Origin: Macrostomum lignano
Taxonomy: Eukaryota
Direction of reading: 5' to 3'
Assembly (NCBI GenBank): GCA_002269645.1
Contig: NIVC01002269.1
Location: 1 to 64,000 of the forward strand
Length of the DNA: 64,000 bases
The position numbers were made by a program, and so were the translations under genes. Positions within the stretch are counted from its first letter, which is position 1; each line of letters opens with the position of its first letter. The notes under the pieces were generated by a model that ran no database searches, was not told the origin of the DNA, and worked only from the letters and a program-made list of their open reading frames with translations. Of this stretch, positions 13,729 to 25,003 are shown one piece after another.

Positions 13729-14971
13729 CCGGTGGTGTGGGTTCTTTAGTTAGTATCGATTTTTATTCTAGTAAAACGATCATCTACTTTGTTATTGTAG
13801 TTGAAAATTGCAAAGCAAGTTATCAATTGCAGCTGGCTTGGTCTGGATCTTGACTTCGGGGTCCGTTCACTTTCACTTCGACATTTAGTTTCGATTAAAT
13901 TTCGAAATATTACCAACCATTTTTTTTTGTTGTACTAAAATTGGTCCTTTGCCCAAAATCTAATCAATGCTTCACAATGCGATAATTCTAAAACTTTCTC
14001 CAAAACAGGTGCTAAACTGGAACACGTCAAACTCGAATGCAGTTAGCTCAAAATTATTAGAAAAAAACCTTTTTCTACTGACCCTAAAAGTTGCGGGGAG
14101 AGGGGGGGAGGGCAGCAAACTTAAGGATAATGCCAGGCCTTGTCGCGGGCTCTGCAGATGAGGCGAAAATGCCCCAATTCTTCCCATCAAGCGGCTACTG
14201 CAGGGGGGGGGGGCGATCCGAGCTCTCGGTCGCGTGACGAGGCGGAGCTTCGAATGGAAGGGGCGCTTCATCGATCCGAGCGGAGGCTGGGGGCGCACTG
14301 CTTTAGTAAGCCGGGCTTTCTCAACAATGGACAGGCAGCAGAGAGGAGCGGAGAGCGCGATAGAGAGGCCGAGTGGTTCGGGTCCGGGGTCCAGTTTTGT
14401 GGAAGTGGAAAGAAGAGCTTGATTTCAGAGAGAGGGAGAGGGGAGGGACGGGAGCTACCGTTGCGAGTCGACTGTTGGCATTGCAGAATCCCGACAATCA
14501 ATCCCTGCCCCAAATAGCTCCCCTTTTCCTTCCAGAGCGCCTGGAGAATAAGGAGAGCGGGAGAGGGACGGGCCGAGCAAAAAGGGGCCTAGAGAAGAAG
14601 CAGCTCAAGCATTCGAGTACTCGGCGCAAATAAGGGGGTGCATTGGGAGAAAAGAGTGAGAGGAAGAAGAGGGAGAAGTATAGGAAGGGATGGGGCATTT
14701 TGGGAGAAAGAAACTGGGCAGAGGAGGCGGAGGAGCACGGTGGGACTCCGGGGAGGTAAGGACTAAGGAAAGAAAGATGGAGAATTCGAGGCTCGTCGGA
14801 GGAAGCGGCGCAGCCGCAGTTTCGCTCAGGCGTAGGGGGCATTTGGAAGGCTTGTCGGATTGAGCCTGGGAGAAAGGGGAGGAGGAGGCGGGTAAGAAAG
14901 CGAGTTTGGGTTCTGTGCGATTCGCGCTTGGCTGAATAAGCTTTCTTCCTTTCTTCTTCTTGTCTCTCATT

Positions 14972-16812
14972 CTACCGCCGCCTCATCTCCGCACCATCCA
15001 GCTTCTCCGGGATATCACGGCAGCAGCTTGTATAGAATGGGAGAGCGCCTTCTCCTAATGGGATATATAAATATCTGAAGAGGGCAATGCCGTTGACAGG
15101 GCGGTCAACGACAAGGGCGTCCCAGATTCTGGCAACAAATCCATTATCCTCATAGGCATCACTGAAAGAGTGGAGAGAATGTAGCGCTGACTCCATAGTT
15201 TTTCCCAGATACCTGTAGCATTATATTAATGCTCAATGCCTTTATTCTGAAGTATGAGTTCCGCATGTAGCTTCGGAGATCTCGATTCACAGAGTAGATC
15301 CCGAATCACAGAGTAGAAGATCCCGAATCATAGAGAAGATCCCGAATCATAGAGAAGATCCCGAATCATAGAGTAGAAGATCTCGAATAAAAAAAGTAGA
15401 ATATCCCAAATCATAGAGTAGAAGATCCCAAATCATAGATTAGAAGATTCCGAATCATAGAGTAGAAGATCCCGAATCATGGAGTGAAGATTCCGAATCA
15501 TAGAGTAGAAGATTCCGAATCATAGAGTAGAAGATCTCGAATCATAGAGTAGAAGATCCCAAATCATAGAGTAGAAGATCCCAAATCATAGAGTAGAAGA
15601 TCCCAAATCATAGAGTAGAAGATCCCAAATCATAGAGTAGAAGATCCCGAATCATAGAGTAGAAGATCTCGAATCATAGAGTAGAAGATCCCAAATCATA
15701 GAGTAGAAGATCCCAAATCATAGAGTAGAAGATCCCAAATCATAGAGTAGAAGATCTCGAATCATAGAGTAGAAGATCCCAAATCATAGAGTAGAAGATC
15801 TCGAATCATAGAGTAGAATATCCCAAATCATAGAGTAGAAGATCTCGAATCATAGAGTAGAAGATCCCAAATCATAGAGTAGAAGATCCCAAATCATAGA
15901 GTAGAAGATCCCAAATCATAGAGTAGAAGATCCCAAATCATAGAGTAGAAGATCCCGAATCATAGAGTAGAAGATCTCGAATCATAGAGTAGAAGATCCC
16001 AAATCATAGAGTAGAAGATCCCAAATCATAGAGTAGAAGATCCCAAATCATAGAGTAGAAGATCCCGAATCATAGATTAGAAGATCTCGAATCATAGAGT
16101 AGAAGATCCCAAATCATAGAGTAGAAGATCTCGAATCATAGAGTAGAAGATCCCAAATCATAGAGTAGAAGATCTCGAATCATAGAGTAGAAGATCCCAA
16201 ATCATAGAGTAGAAGATCTCGAATCATAGAGTAGAAGATTCCGAATCATAGAGTAGAAGATCTTGAATCATAGAGTAGAAGATCCCAAATCATAGAGTAG
16301 AAGATCTCGAATCATAGAGTAGAAGATCCCAAATCATAGAGTAGAAGATCCCGAATCATAGATTAGAAGATTCCGAATCATAGAGTAGAAGATCCCAAAT
16401 CATAGAGTAGAAGATCCCAAATCATAGAGTAGAAGATCCCAAATCATAGAGTAGAAGATCTCGAATCATAGAGTAGAAGATCCCAAATCATAGAGTAGAA
16501 GATTCCGAATAATAGAGTAGAAGATCCCAAAGTATAGGATTTAGCATCATATAGATGTAAATCTACATGTAGGTTTGTAGATAAAAATATAAATGGAACA
16601 AACATCATCATACGAGTAGATAGACATCAAAGTCGATTTATTTTACACCAATATTGGTAGTCACAGTGCAGTATATATACGATAACAAGTCTAATGGTTA
16701 TACCTGGCAGTGTCACACCTATTGTGCCTCGGTGCAACCGCAATCCAGTTATATTTATGACAATCTTAGCAAGTAAAACTCACTGAGTACAAGCAGTAAG
16801 GATACCCGATTC
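14972..16812 (-). CDS. Candidate exons of an unidentified gene downstream of COPZ: 16812-16784 (29 nt) and 15212-14972
   Basis: TTTAG|...|GTGAGT 29-nt exon joins in frame to CTACAG|G-TAT..., giving ESGILTACTQYLGKTMESALHSLHSFSDAYEDNGFVARIWDALVVDRPVNG...AEMRRR*. The putative intron holds a 22-bp array. No start codon found and no firm homology. Confidence 0.3.
15290..16530. repeat. 22-bp minisatellite (~56 units)
   Basis: Unit AGAAGATCCCAAATCATAGAGT with CCA/TCG/CCG variants. Confidence 0.97.
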
Positions 16813-17116
16813 CTAAATATATACCAAGAGCAAATAACCGAAATTCCAAAGCACACAGAAAAAAAAATTATAATTAACAAGACTTAATTGTTTTGAAAAG
16901 CAAACTAACATTCATTAGATGCCTGATTTACTCTGCTTTTCCTTTTTCCTCTTCCGAAAAATTCCAAAAGTGAACTCTCGGAAATTTTTGGCCAGCGAAA
17001 TTAACATTCATGATGATACACGTTAGTGGATAAAGGTCATATGCAATAAAATAATTAACAAAAAACTACACGAGTTGACTCAAGAGAAGAGATCGGTGAA
17101 GACTTTCAGTTCACCA

Positions 17117-17932
17117 GACAGTGTCACCAGACACAGTGTCACCAGATACAGTGTCACCAGACAGTGTCACCAGACAGTGTCACCAGACACAGTGTCACCA
17201 GATACAGTGTCACCAGACACAGTGTCACCAGACACAGTGTCACCAGACACAGTGTCACCAGACACAGTGTCACCAGACACAGTGTCACCAGACACAGTGT
17301 CACCAGACACAGTGTCACCAGACACAGTGTCACCAGACACAGTGTCACCAGACACAGTGTCACCAGACACAGTGTCACCAGACACAGTGTCACCAGACAC
17401 AGTGTCACCAGACACAGTGTCACCAGACACAGTGTCACCAGACACAGTGTCACCAGACACAGTGTCACCAGACACAGTGTCACCAGACACAGTGTCACCA
17501 GACACAGTGTCACCAGACACAGTGTCACCAGACACAGTGTCACCAGACACAGTGTCACCAGACACAGTGTCACCAGACATAGTGTCACCAGACATAGCGT
17601 CACCAGACACAGTGTCACCAGACATAGCGTCACCAGACACAGTGTCACCAGACATAGCGTCACCAGACACAGTGTCACCAGACACAGTGTCACCAGACAC
17701 AGTGTCACCAGACACAGTGTCACCAGACACAGTGTCACCAGACACAGTGTCACCAGACATAGCGTCACCAGACACAGTGTCACCAGACATAGCGTCACCA
17801 GACACAGTGTCACCAGACATAGCGTCACCAGACACAGTGTCACCAGACATAGCGTCACCAGAGACAGTGTCACCAGACATAGCGTCACCAGACACAGTGT
17901 CACCAGACATAGCGTCACCAGACACAGTGTCA
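17117..17932. repeat. 15-bp minisatellite (~54 units)
   Basis: Unit CAGTGTCACCAGACA; open in several frames (DTVSP, HSVTR, VTLCL), which marks it as non-coding. Confidence 0.97.
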
Positions 17933-18252
17933 CAACCAAATAAGTCACCGTCTCATTATAGAAATAAAGCAAAAACTCCCTTTGCATTCTGCAGTTTAAC
18001 CTCTGCAGGGAGTTGACTAAGATGAGCCAAATTTTGCACCTGGACTCGACCCAGTCAATAATTCCAGTTGTTTCCAAACAAGAACAAAAATCTACTAAAG
18101 TCATTAACGTACTCAGAAATGTTCACAAACATAGCATAAATATATCGATAGGGTAAAGCGGTAAATTGAAATGAATTTAACTAAGCAAAAAAACAAATAG
18201 TTAAGGAGAGAAGCATTTGTCGGCGATCTAGAAGTACAAGCTGTCCTTTTCT

Positions 18253-21200
18253 CTACTTCAAAAGCGACCACTTGAACTGCTCTTTGGCCTGCTGGAGAAC
18301 CTGAAATACGTTAGATAAATAAATAAATTTAGATTAATTTGCGACTTAGCAGTAAAATTGCATAAAAGGTAAACACGTTAAAGACACTACTCATAGTAGA
18401 TAGTCTGGTACGTACTAGTGTACTATAATGTAGCCGGGGAAAAAACACGAAAGCACAACTAATAAAATCAGTCTCGATTCTATTCAAAAAAATTATGGTT
18501 CGAATATAGCAATACGTATTAGAAGGCAAATATTCACTCGGGTATTTAAATGCGCATTAGAATTTTAAATTAAATAGTTATGAGCATTTAAGTCTAAATG
18601 CTGCGCCCACCACTCTATGAGGTAATTTGATTGGCTCATCTGGTAGCTGCACCTGCCACTCTATGAGGTAATTTGATTGGCTCATCTGGTAGCTGCACCT
18701 GCCACTCTATGTCATTTGATTGGCTCATCTGGTAGCTGCACCTGCCACTCTATGAGGTCATTTGATTAGCTCATCTGGTAGCTGCACCTGCCACTCTATG
18801 AGGTAATTTGATTGGCTCATCTGGTAGCTGCAACTACAACTCTATGATGTCATTTGATTGGCTCATCTGGTAGCTGCACCTGCCACTCTATGAGGTCATT
18901 TGATTGGCTCATCTGGTAGCTGCACCTGCCACTCTATGAGGTCATTTGATTAGCTCATCTGGTAGCTGCACCTGCCACTCTATGAGGTCATTTGATTGGC
19001 TCATCTGGTAGCTGCACCTGCCACTCTATGAGGTCATTTGATTGGCTCATCTGGTAGACATCAATATACTTTATAGAATTTTATGTATTGCACGAAGTTA
19101 AGATACCAAAGCACTGCTAGTAAACATTAATTAAGCACAGAAAGTAGGTCGCCTTTAACTTCCCTTCGGCTAATAATACCACGTTGAATAAGATTTTTTC
19201 ACCAAAACATTTCCAGGAAAAACAAATTACACAGGACAAGGGCATGGTGCATTATTCGAACGCTTACAACTGCCAATTGGTACAAGCAAAGCGGAGCTCG
19301 TTTTGAAGTTGGACTTTCCCACGGCTCGATCCTACACCAGGATCCCAGTCCCTAATACCAGGATCCCAGTCTCTAATACCAGGATCCCAGTCCCTAATAC
19401 CAGGATCCCAGTCCCGGATACCAGGATCCCAGTCCTGAATACCAGGATCCCAGTCCCGGATACCAGGATCCCAGTCCTGAATACCAGGATCCCAGTCCCT
19501 AATACCAGGATCCCAGTCCCGGATACCAGGATCCCAGTTCCGAATACCAAGATCCCAGTCCCGAATACCAGGATCCCAGTCCCGAATACCAGGATCCCAG
19601 TCTCGAATCGAATACCAGGATCCCAGTCCCGAATACCAGGATCCCAGTCTCGAATCGAATACCAGGATCCCAGTCCCGAATACCAGGATTCGAATACCAA
19701 GGTCCCAGTCCCGAATACCAGAATCCCAGTCCCGAATACCAGGATCCCAGTCCCGAATACCAGGATCCCAGTCCCGGATACCAGGATCCCAGTCCCTAAT
19801 ACCAGGATCCCAGTCCCGGATACCAGGATCCCAGTTCCAAATACCAAGATCTCAGTCCCGAATACCAGGATCCCAGTCCCTAATACCAAGATCCCAGTCC
19901 CGAATACCAGGATCCCAGTCTCGAATACCAGGATCCCAGTCCCTAATACCAGGATCCCAGTCCCTAATACCAAGATCCCAGTCCTGAATACCAGGATCCC
20001 AGTCCCTAATACCAGGATCCCAGTCCCGGATACCAGGATCCCAGTTCCGAATACCAAGATCCCAGTCCCGAATACCAGGATCTCAGTCCCGAATACCAGG
20101 ATCCCAGTCCCGAATACCAGGATCTCAGTCCCGAATACCAGGATCCCAGTCCTGAATACCAGGATCCCAGTCCCGAATACCAGGATCGCAGTCCTGAATA
20201 CCAGGATCCCAGTCCCGAATACCAGGATCGCAGTCCTGAATACCAGGATCCCAGTCCCGAATACCAGGCTCCTAATCGGCAATACTAAGATCCAAGTCAC
20301 GAATCATTCTATCATGATTTCTAACCCTAGATTTTCGAACCTTACTTGTGTCTTAATCACGAATCACAGGACCAGAGTTCCAATTCGAAAATCTCAATTC
20401 AGAGTTAGAATTCACACCTTCACCAAAGCGTGTGACCAAGTGTACTAATGCTAATTAATGAGCCAATAGACGTGTCACAGGTAAAGACGGTGATAAAAAA
20501 GATACACAATAGGTGACAAAACCCATCAAAACTCGAACTGAGCTATCTTACTCACCTGCAGTTTCTGGGAGACTTGCTATAAATAGACAGATATAATAGA
20601 CAGGTTAGACGGATAGAGGTGACAACTACAGATTACCTAATCCAAATTGATACAAAATTAAACGACGTGCGGAACATTCGAAGCAAAACAATATCAAAGC
20701 AAAATGTTATTAATGCAAATAAGAACTGCATTTAGGACCAGAAATTCTTTTGGGATCTGGAACAGTGTGACATGCTCCCTCTGAAATCTGGAACAGTATC
20801 TGACATGCTCCCTCTGACATCTGGAACTGTATCTGACATGCTCCCTCTGACATCTGGAACTGTATCTGACATGCTCCCTCTGACATCTGGAACTGTATCT
20901 GACATGCTCCCTCTGACATCTGGAACTGTATCTCACATGCTCCCTCTGACATCTGGAACTGTATCTGACATGCTCCCTCTGACATCTGGAACTGTATCTG
21001 ACATGCTTCCTCTGACATCTGGAATAGTATCTGACATGCTCCCTCTGACATCTGGAACTGTATCTGACATGCTCCCTCTGACATCTGGAACTGTATCTGA
21101 CATGCTCCCTCTGACATCTGGAACTGTATCTGATATGCTCCCTCTGACATCTGGAACTGTATCTGACATGCTCCCTCTGACATCTGGAACTGTATCTGAC

Positions 21201-22528
21201 ATGCTCCCTCTGACATCTGGAACTGTATCTGACATGCTCCCTCTGACATCTGGAACTGTATCTGACATGCTCCCTCTGACATCTGGAACTGTATCTGACA
21301 TGCTCCCCCTGACATCTGGAATAGTATCTGACATGCTCCCTCTGACATCTGCAACAGTATCTGACGTGCTCCCTCTGACATCTGGAACTGTATCTGACGT
21401 GCTCCCTCTGACATCTGGAACTGTATCTGACGTGCTCCCTCTGACATCTGGAACAGTATCTGACATGCTCCCTCTGACATCTGGAACAGTATCTGACATG
21501 CTCCCTCTGACATCTGGAACTGTATCTGACGTGCTCCCTCTGACATCTGGAACAGTATCTGACGTGCTCCCTCTGACATCTGGAATAGTATCTGACATGC
21601 TCCCTCTGACATCTGGAATAGTATCTGATATGCTCCCTCTGACATCTGGAACTGTATCTGACATGCTCCCTCTGACATCTGGAATAGTATCTGACATGCT
21701 CCCTCTGACATCTGGAACTGTATCTGACATGCTCCATCTGACATCTGGAACTGTATCTGATATGCTCCCTCTGACATCTGGAACTGTATCTGACGTGCTC
21801 CCTCTGACATCTGGAACAGTATCTGACATGCTCCATCTGACATCTGGAACTGTATCTGACACCCTCCATCTGACAATTAATGACATTCTGTACATCAAAA
21901 CAGGTGTAGAACTTTTATGTACAATGAGGCCCCCCTGACGACATGGACAACTATTGGAAAATGGCATCACTAACAACAAGCCATAATGACAAAATATAAA
22001 CAACGAAAACTCGACATCATCTAGATTGAAGTCACGAACCTGCGTGACGGAGCCCTCCAACTGCTGCGTGTCGTCTAGTCTGGAGCCGACCCTGGACACC
22101 AGCTGGATGCTGTCGGTCTCCAACACGATGCCGCTGTCGCACAGCTCATCGATAGCAAGAAATACCAAGTCCAAGCTATCCAACAAGGCGCGCTTCTCCA
22201 CATTTTTCTTTAAAATCTGCGACACTGCATCGTACAGAGTGTTGAGAGTGTTAGATAAGATTAGTTCGTTCTCGACCGCGTCTCCAATCACGTAGAAGAT
22301 TAGATCCACGTTGCTCTTGAATACGCAGGTGTAACCTTCAAACATGACTATTTCGGCGGCCAAATTCTTCGACGTCTTGGCAAATAGGCTGGTCTCGAAT
22401 GCGCGCTGTTCTTTTACAGACGGCATCGAGTCTGCGCCATAGTATTTGGCAATAATGCGCCTCCCATCGTTGTCAAGGATGAGGATGGCTTTGATCGTGT
22501 GCAACGAGATATCCAGGAAATTGTCGAT
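18253..22528 (-). CDS. COPZ1: Coatomer subunit zeta (zeta-COP); exons 22528-22040, optional 20576-20556, 18300-18253
   Basis: Exon 1 reads (I)DNFLDISLHTIKAILILDNDGRRIIAKYY...VEKRALL...DELCDSGIVLETD...SVTQ, donor CAG|GTTCGT at 22039. The last exon after TTTCAG reads VLQQAKEQFKWSLLK*, matching the vertebrate C-terminus VLQSAKEQIKWSLLR. The expected start codon is ATC (22528-22526). The 523-aa ORF in the track is read-through into an intronic repeat. Confidence 0.95.
18610..19056. repeat. 46-bp minisatellite (~10 units) in a COPZ intron
   Basis: Unit CCACTCTATGAGGTCATTTGATTGGCTCATCTGGTAGCTGCACCTG. Confidence 0.95.
19335..20268. repeat. 21-bp minisatellite (~44 units) in a COPZ intron
   Basis: Unit ATACCAGGATCCCAGTCCCGA. 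Confidence 0.96.
20556..20576 (-). CDS. COPZ1: Candidate 21-nt in-frame microexon of COPZ (QVSQKLQ)
   Basis: TTTATAG|CAAGTCTCCCAGAAACTGCAG|GTGAGT, phase 0/0 like the flanking junctions, in an island of unique sequence between two arrays. Confidence 0.6.
20768..21872. repeat. 33-bp minisatellite (~33 units) in COPZ intron 1
   Basis: Unit TGACATCTGGAACTGTATCTGACATGCTCCCTC. Confidence 0.97.
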
Positions 22529-22558
22529 TTTGCGAAAGATGTATGCATTGAAGTGAAA

Positions 22559-23055
22559 ACTGGGTTTTTGGTTTGATTTAAGGTCAAGACTGGGTTCTGG
22601 GTTTGATTTAAGGTCAAGACTGGGTTTTAGGTTCGATTTAAGGTCAAGACTGGGTTCTGGGTTTGATTTAAGGTCAAGACTGGGTTCTGGGTTTGATTTA
22701 AGGTCAAGACCTTAAATCAAGGATTTAAGGTCAAGACTGGGTTTTAGGTTCGATTTAAGGTCAAGACTGGGTTCTGGGTTTGATTTAAGGTCAAGACTGG
22801 GTTTTAGGTTCGATTTAAGGTCAAGACTGGGTTCTGGGTTTGATTTAAGGTCAAGACTGGGTTTTAGGTTCGATTTAAGGTCAAGACTGGGTTCTGGGTT
22901 TGATTTAAGGTCAAGACTGGGTTCTGGGTTTGACTTAAGGTCAAGACTGGGTTCTGGGTTTGATTTAAGGTTAAGACTGGGTTCTGGGTTTGATTTAAGG
23001 TCAAGACTGGGTTTTGGGTTCGATTTAAGGTCAAGACTGGGTTTGATTTAAGGTT
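22559..23055. repeat. 30-bp minisatellite (~16 units) directly upstream of COPZ
   Basis: Unit ACTGGGTTCTGGGTTTGATTTAAGGTCAAG with two partly alternating variants; short internal inversion near 22710-22730. Confidence 0.95.
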
Positions 23056-23210
23056 GGGGCTGTGCTTTGAGCTTGGCTAGAGGTCAAGGTTAGCTCCTAG
23101 GTCAGGTTAGGGTTAATGTTATATTCTGTATATGAGAATAACATTTAATCCATCTTCTATTCTGGCTATATGAACTAGTAGTGAAAATTCAAAGTTAGAC
23201 TAGTTATTTT

Positions 23211-23612
23211 TAAGGGTTGGACGTGATCACAATCGTGATCATGATTTCGTGAATTCATGACCATTTTTTTACAATCGTTATTTCCTTGAAACCCATTCAC
23301 GACAGTCGTGAATTTCCGATTTATTACATTTTTTATTAGAAGTATAACTTTTCTACTTGGTTTACCAAAACATGTGAACACAAATGTGTAAAAGAGTAAT
23401 AAATTTTAAATTTGTTGACTTGACAGCATTACTGGGTAGCTATTATCTATTTATAAATATTTCTTTTCTTGTTTTGTTATTTTCAACACTTGTAACTTAC
23501 AAGCTCAAAATACGTGTATGCAAATATAAATTCACGATCACGATCACGATCAAATTTGAAAATTTCACAAAATTTCACGCCTGACCAAAATTTTCTGCTT
23601 GTCCGACCTCTA
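23211..23612. mobile_element. Degenerate hAT-like MITE (402 bp)
   Basis: 8-bp TSD GTTATTTT at 23203-23210 and 23613-23620. Imperfect TIRs TAAGGGTTGGAC vs reverse-complement TAGAGGTCGGAC. Subterminal CGTGAT motifs on the left are mirrored by ATCACG on the right. Confidence 0.7.
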
Positions 23613-24538
23613 GTTATTTTAATTGATTTTGGATATAGAACCCAACTTTGAAAATTATGGTTTAATAAAAAATTAATATAGCATTAAAAAACTGCTATTT
23701 AAAAGAATGAAAAAAAATAATAATTGATTTTATACCCTGTATTTATTAAACATTTTACTTATGACCTGGTAACAATGAAAATTACAATAGATTGCATACA
23801 TTGAATTGTTGACAACTAATAATCTATTTGACATTTCTTCAATAATAAAATTGGAAGCATCATTTGCATCACCTGTTAAGAAGCCTTGTCTATTAGATCT
23901 AGTACTGTTAATTGCAATTGCAATCTCTACTATTAATTGGTACTGGTACTGTTAATTGCAATCTCTAGAGCATTATGGACATTCAAGCATTCAAGCATAA
24001 AACCTTAGAGATTTAGTATATTTGGATAGATTGTAATGAAATATCCTATGATTAGTAAATTTAACAATTGTACAAGTATGGCGATTTTTAATGGTATATT
24101 AGGAATTGGACAACAACAACTTAGTCACACATCATATACCTATGTCTCATCAAGGTATAACTTAATAGATAACAGCATTTAAATTTGTGCCAAGAACAAT
24201 CTGATCAAACAAAATCTATGCATTTAAACTTTTATTCATAAACAGAAAACAGTAAATAAATAAATTATATATTTGGAATAGTTGATAATGGAAATTACAA
24301 AACTGTTATACATAGGACTGAGAAAAAACCTTTATAGGAGTAAAATAGTGAGAATAGAATAAACAGTGCCATTAGACTACTTAGGCCCAAAGTATAGTAC
24401 ATGTACATATGCTACTAATAGATTAATATATGCTACCAGTACAGAAGTAGATACATTACAAATAGATATAAGTATAAGCATCAAGTACATATATACAAAA
24501 GTACATTAATAACTGTCAATAGGAGAATATAGGAATTA

Positions 24539-24599
24539 TACCATTTTACCCATTTTACCTATGTAAAATGGATTTTATACTTGCGAGGGTAAAATGGTA
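24539..24599. mobile_element. Miniature Tc1/mariner-type inverted-repeat element
   Basis: TA|TACCATTTTACCC...GGGTAAAATGGTA|TA: 13-bp perfect TIR flanked by TA on both sides. Confidence 0.45.
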
Positions 24600-24853
24600 T
24601 ACCTCTAGCATAATACTAATGGCATTGATAGGATTATTCTAAGGGAAGTTAGGCCTATCCCTATGTCAACTTTGGTGGCAGCTTTAGGATATTTATAATG
24701 AGAACAATCAGCATTGTTATAGCTTGATAAGAGCATTGAGATTTCTAAAAGAGGGAATATAGCCCCTGCTACATATGGGGGAATTTAGCCCTTGCTAAAA
24801 ATCTTGCTAAAGTCCCTATATATGATATAGACAAAAGATATCAATGCTTGGGC

Positions 24854-25003
24854 GCAACCTTGGGATTCACTCGGCTGTTTCTGTTAGCAATACACACATG
24901 TAAGTTGCTATTGGATGGAATAGTAGTCATGTGACTGCTCTCAGCCAATAGCGACTTACATGTATGTTGCCAATAGAAATGGCTAGGTGATTCCCAAGGT
25001 TGC
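24854..25003. repeat. 150-bp imperfect palindrome (fold-back, MITE-like)
   Basis: Arms GCAACCTTGGGATTCAC...CATGTAAGTTGCTATTGG and CCAATAGCGACTTACATG...GTGATTCCCAAGGTTGC around central GTCATGTGAC. Confidence 0.8.

Noticed and set aside
17075-22000. Long repetitive ORFs (DTVSP, NTRIPVP, MLPLTSGTVSD and the C-terminal two-thirds of the 523-aa ORF)
   Set aside because: Open in several frames and on both strands because the unit length is a multiple of 3; they lie in introns or intergenic DNA.
23850-24400. LLDLVL-like peptide hinting at a decayed CR1-type endonuclease
   Set aside because: Single short motif in AT-rich DNA with no supporting RT motifs.
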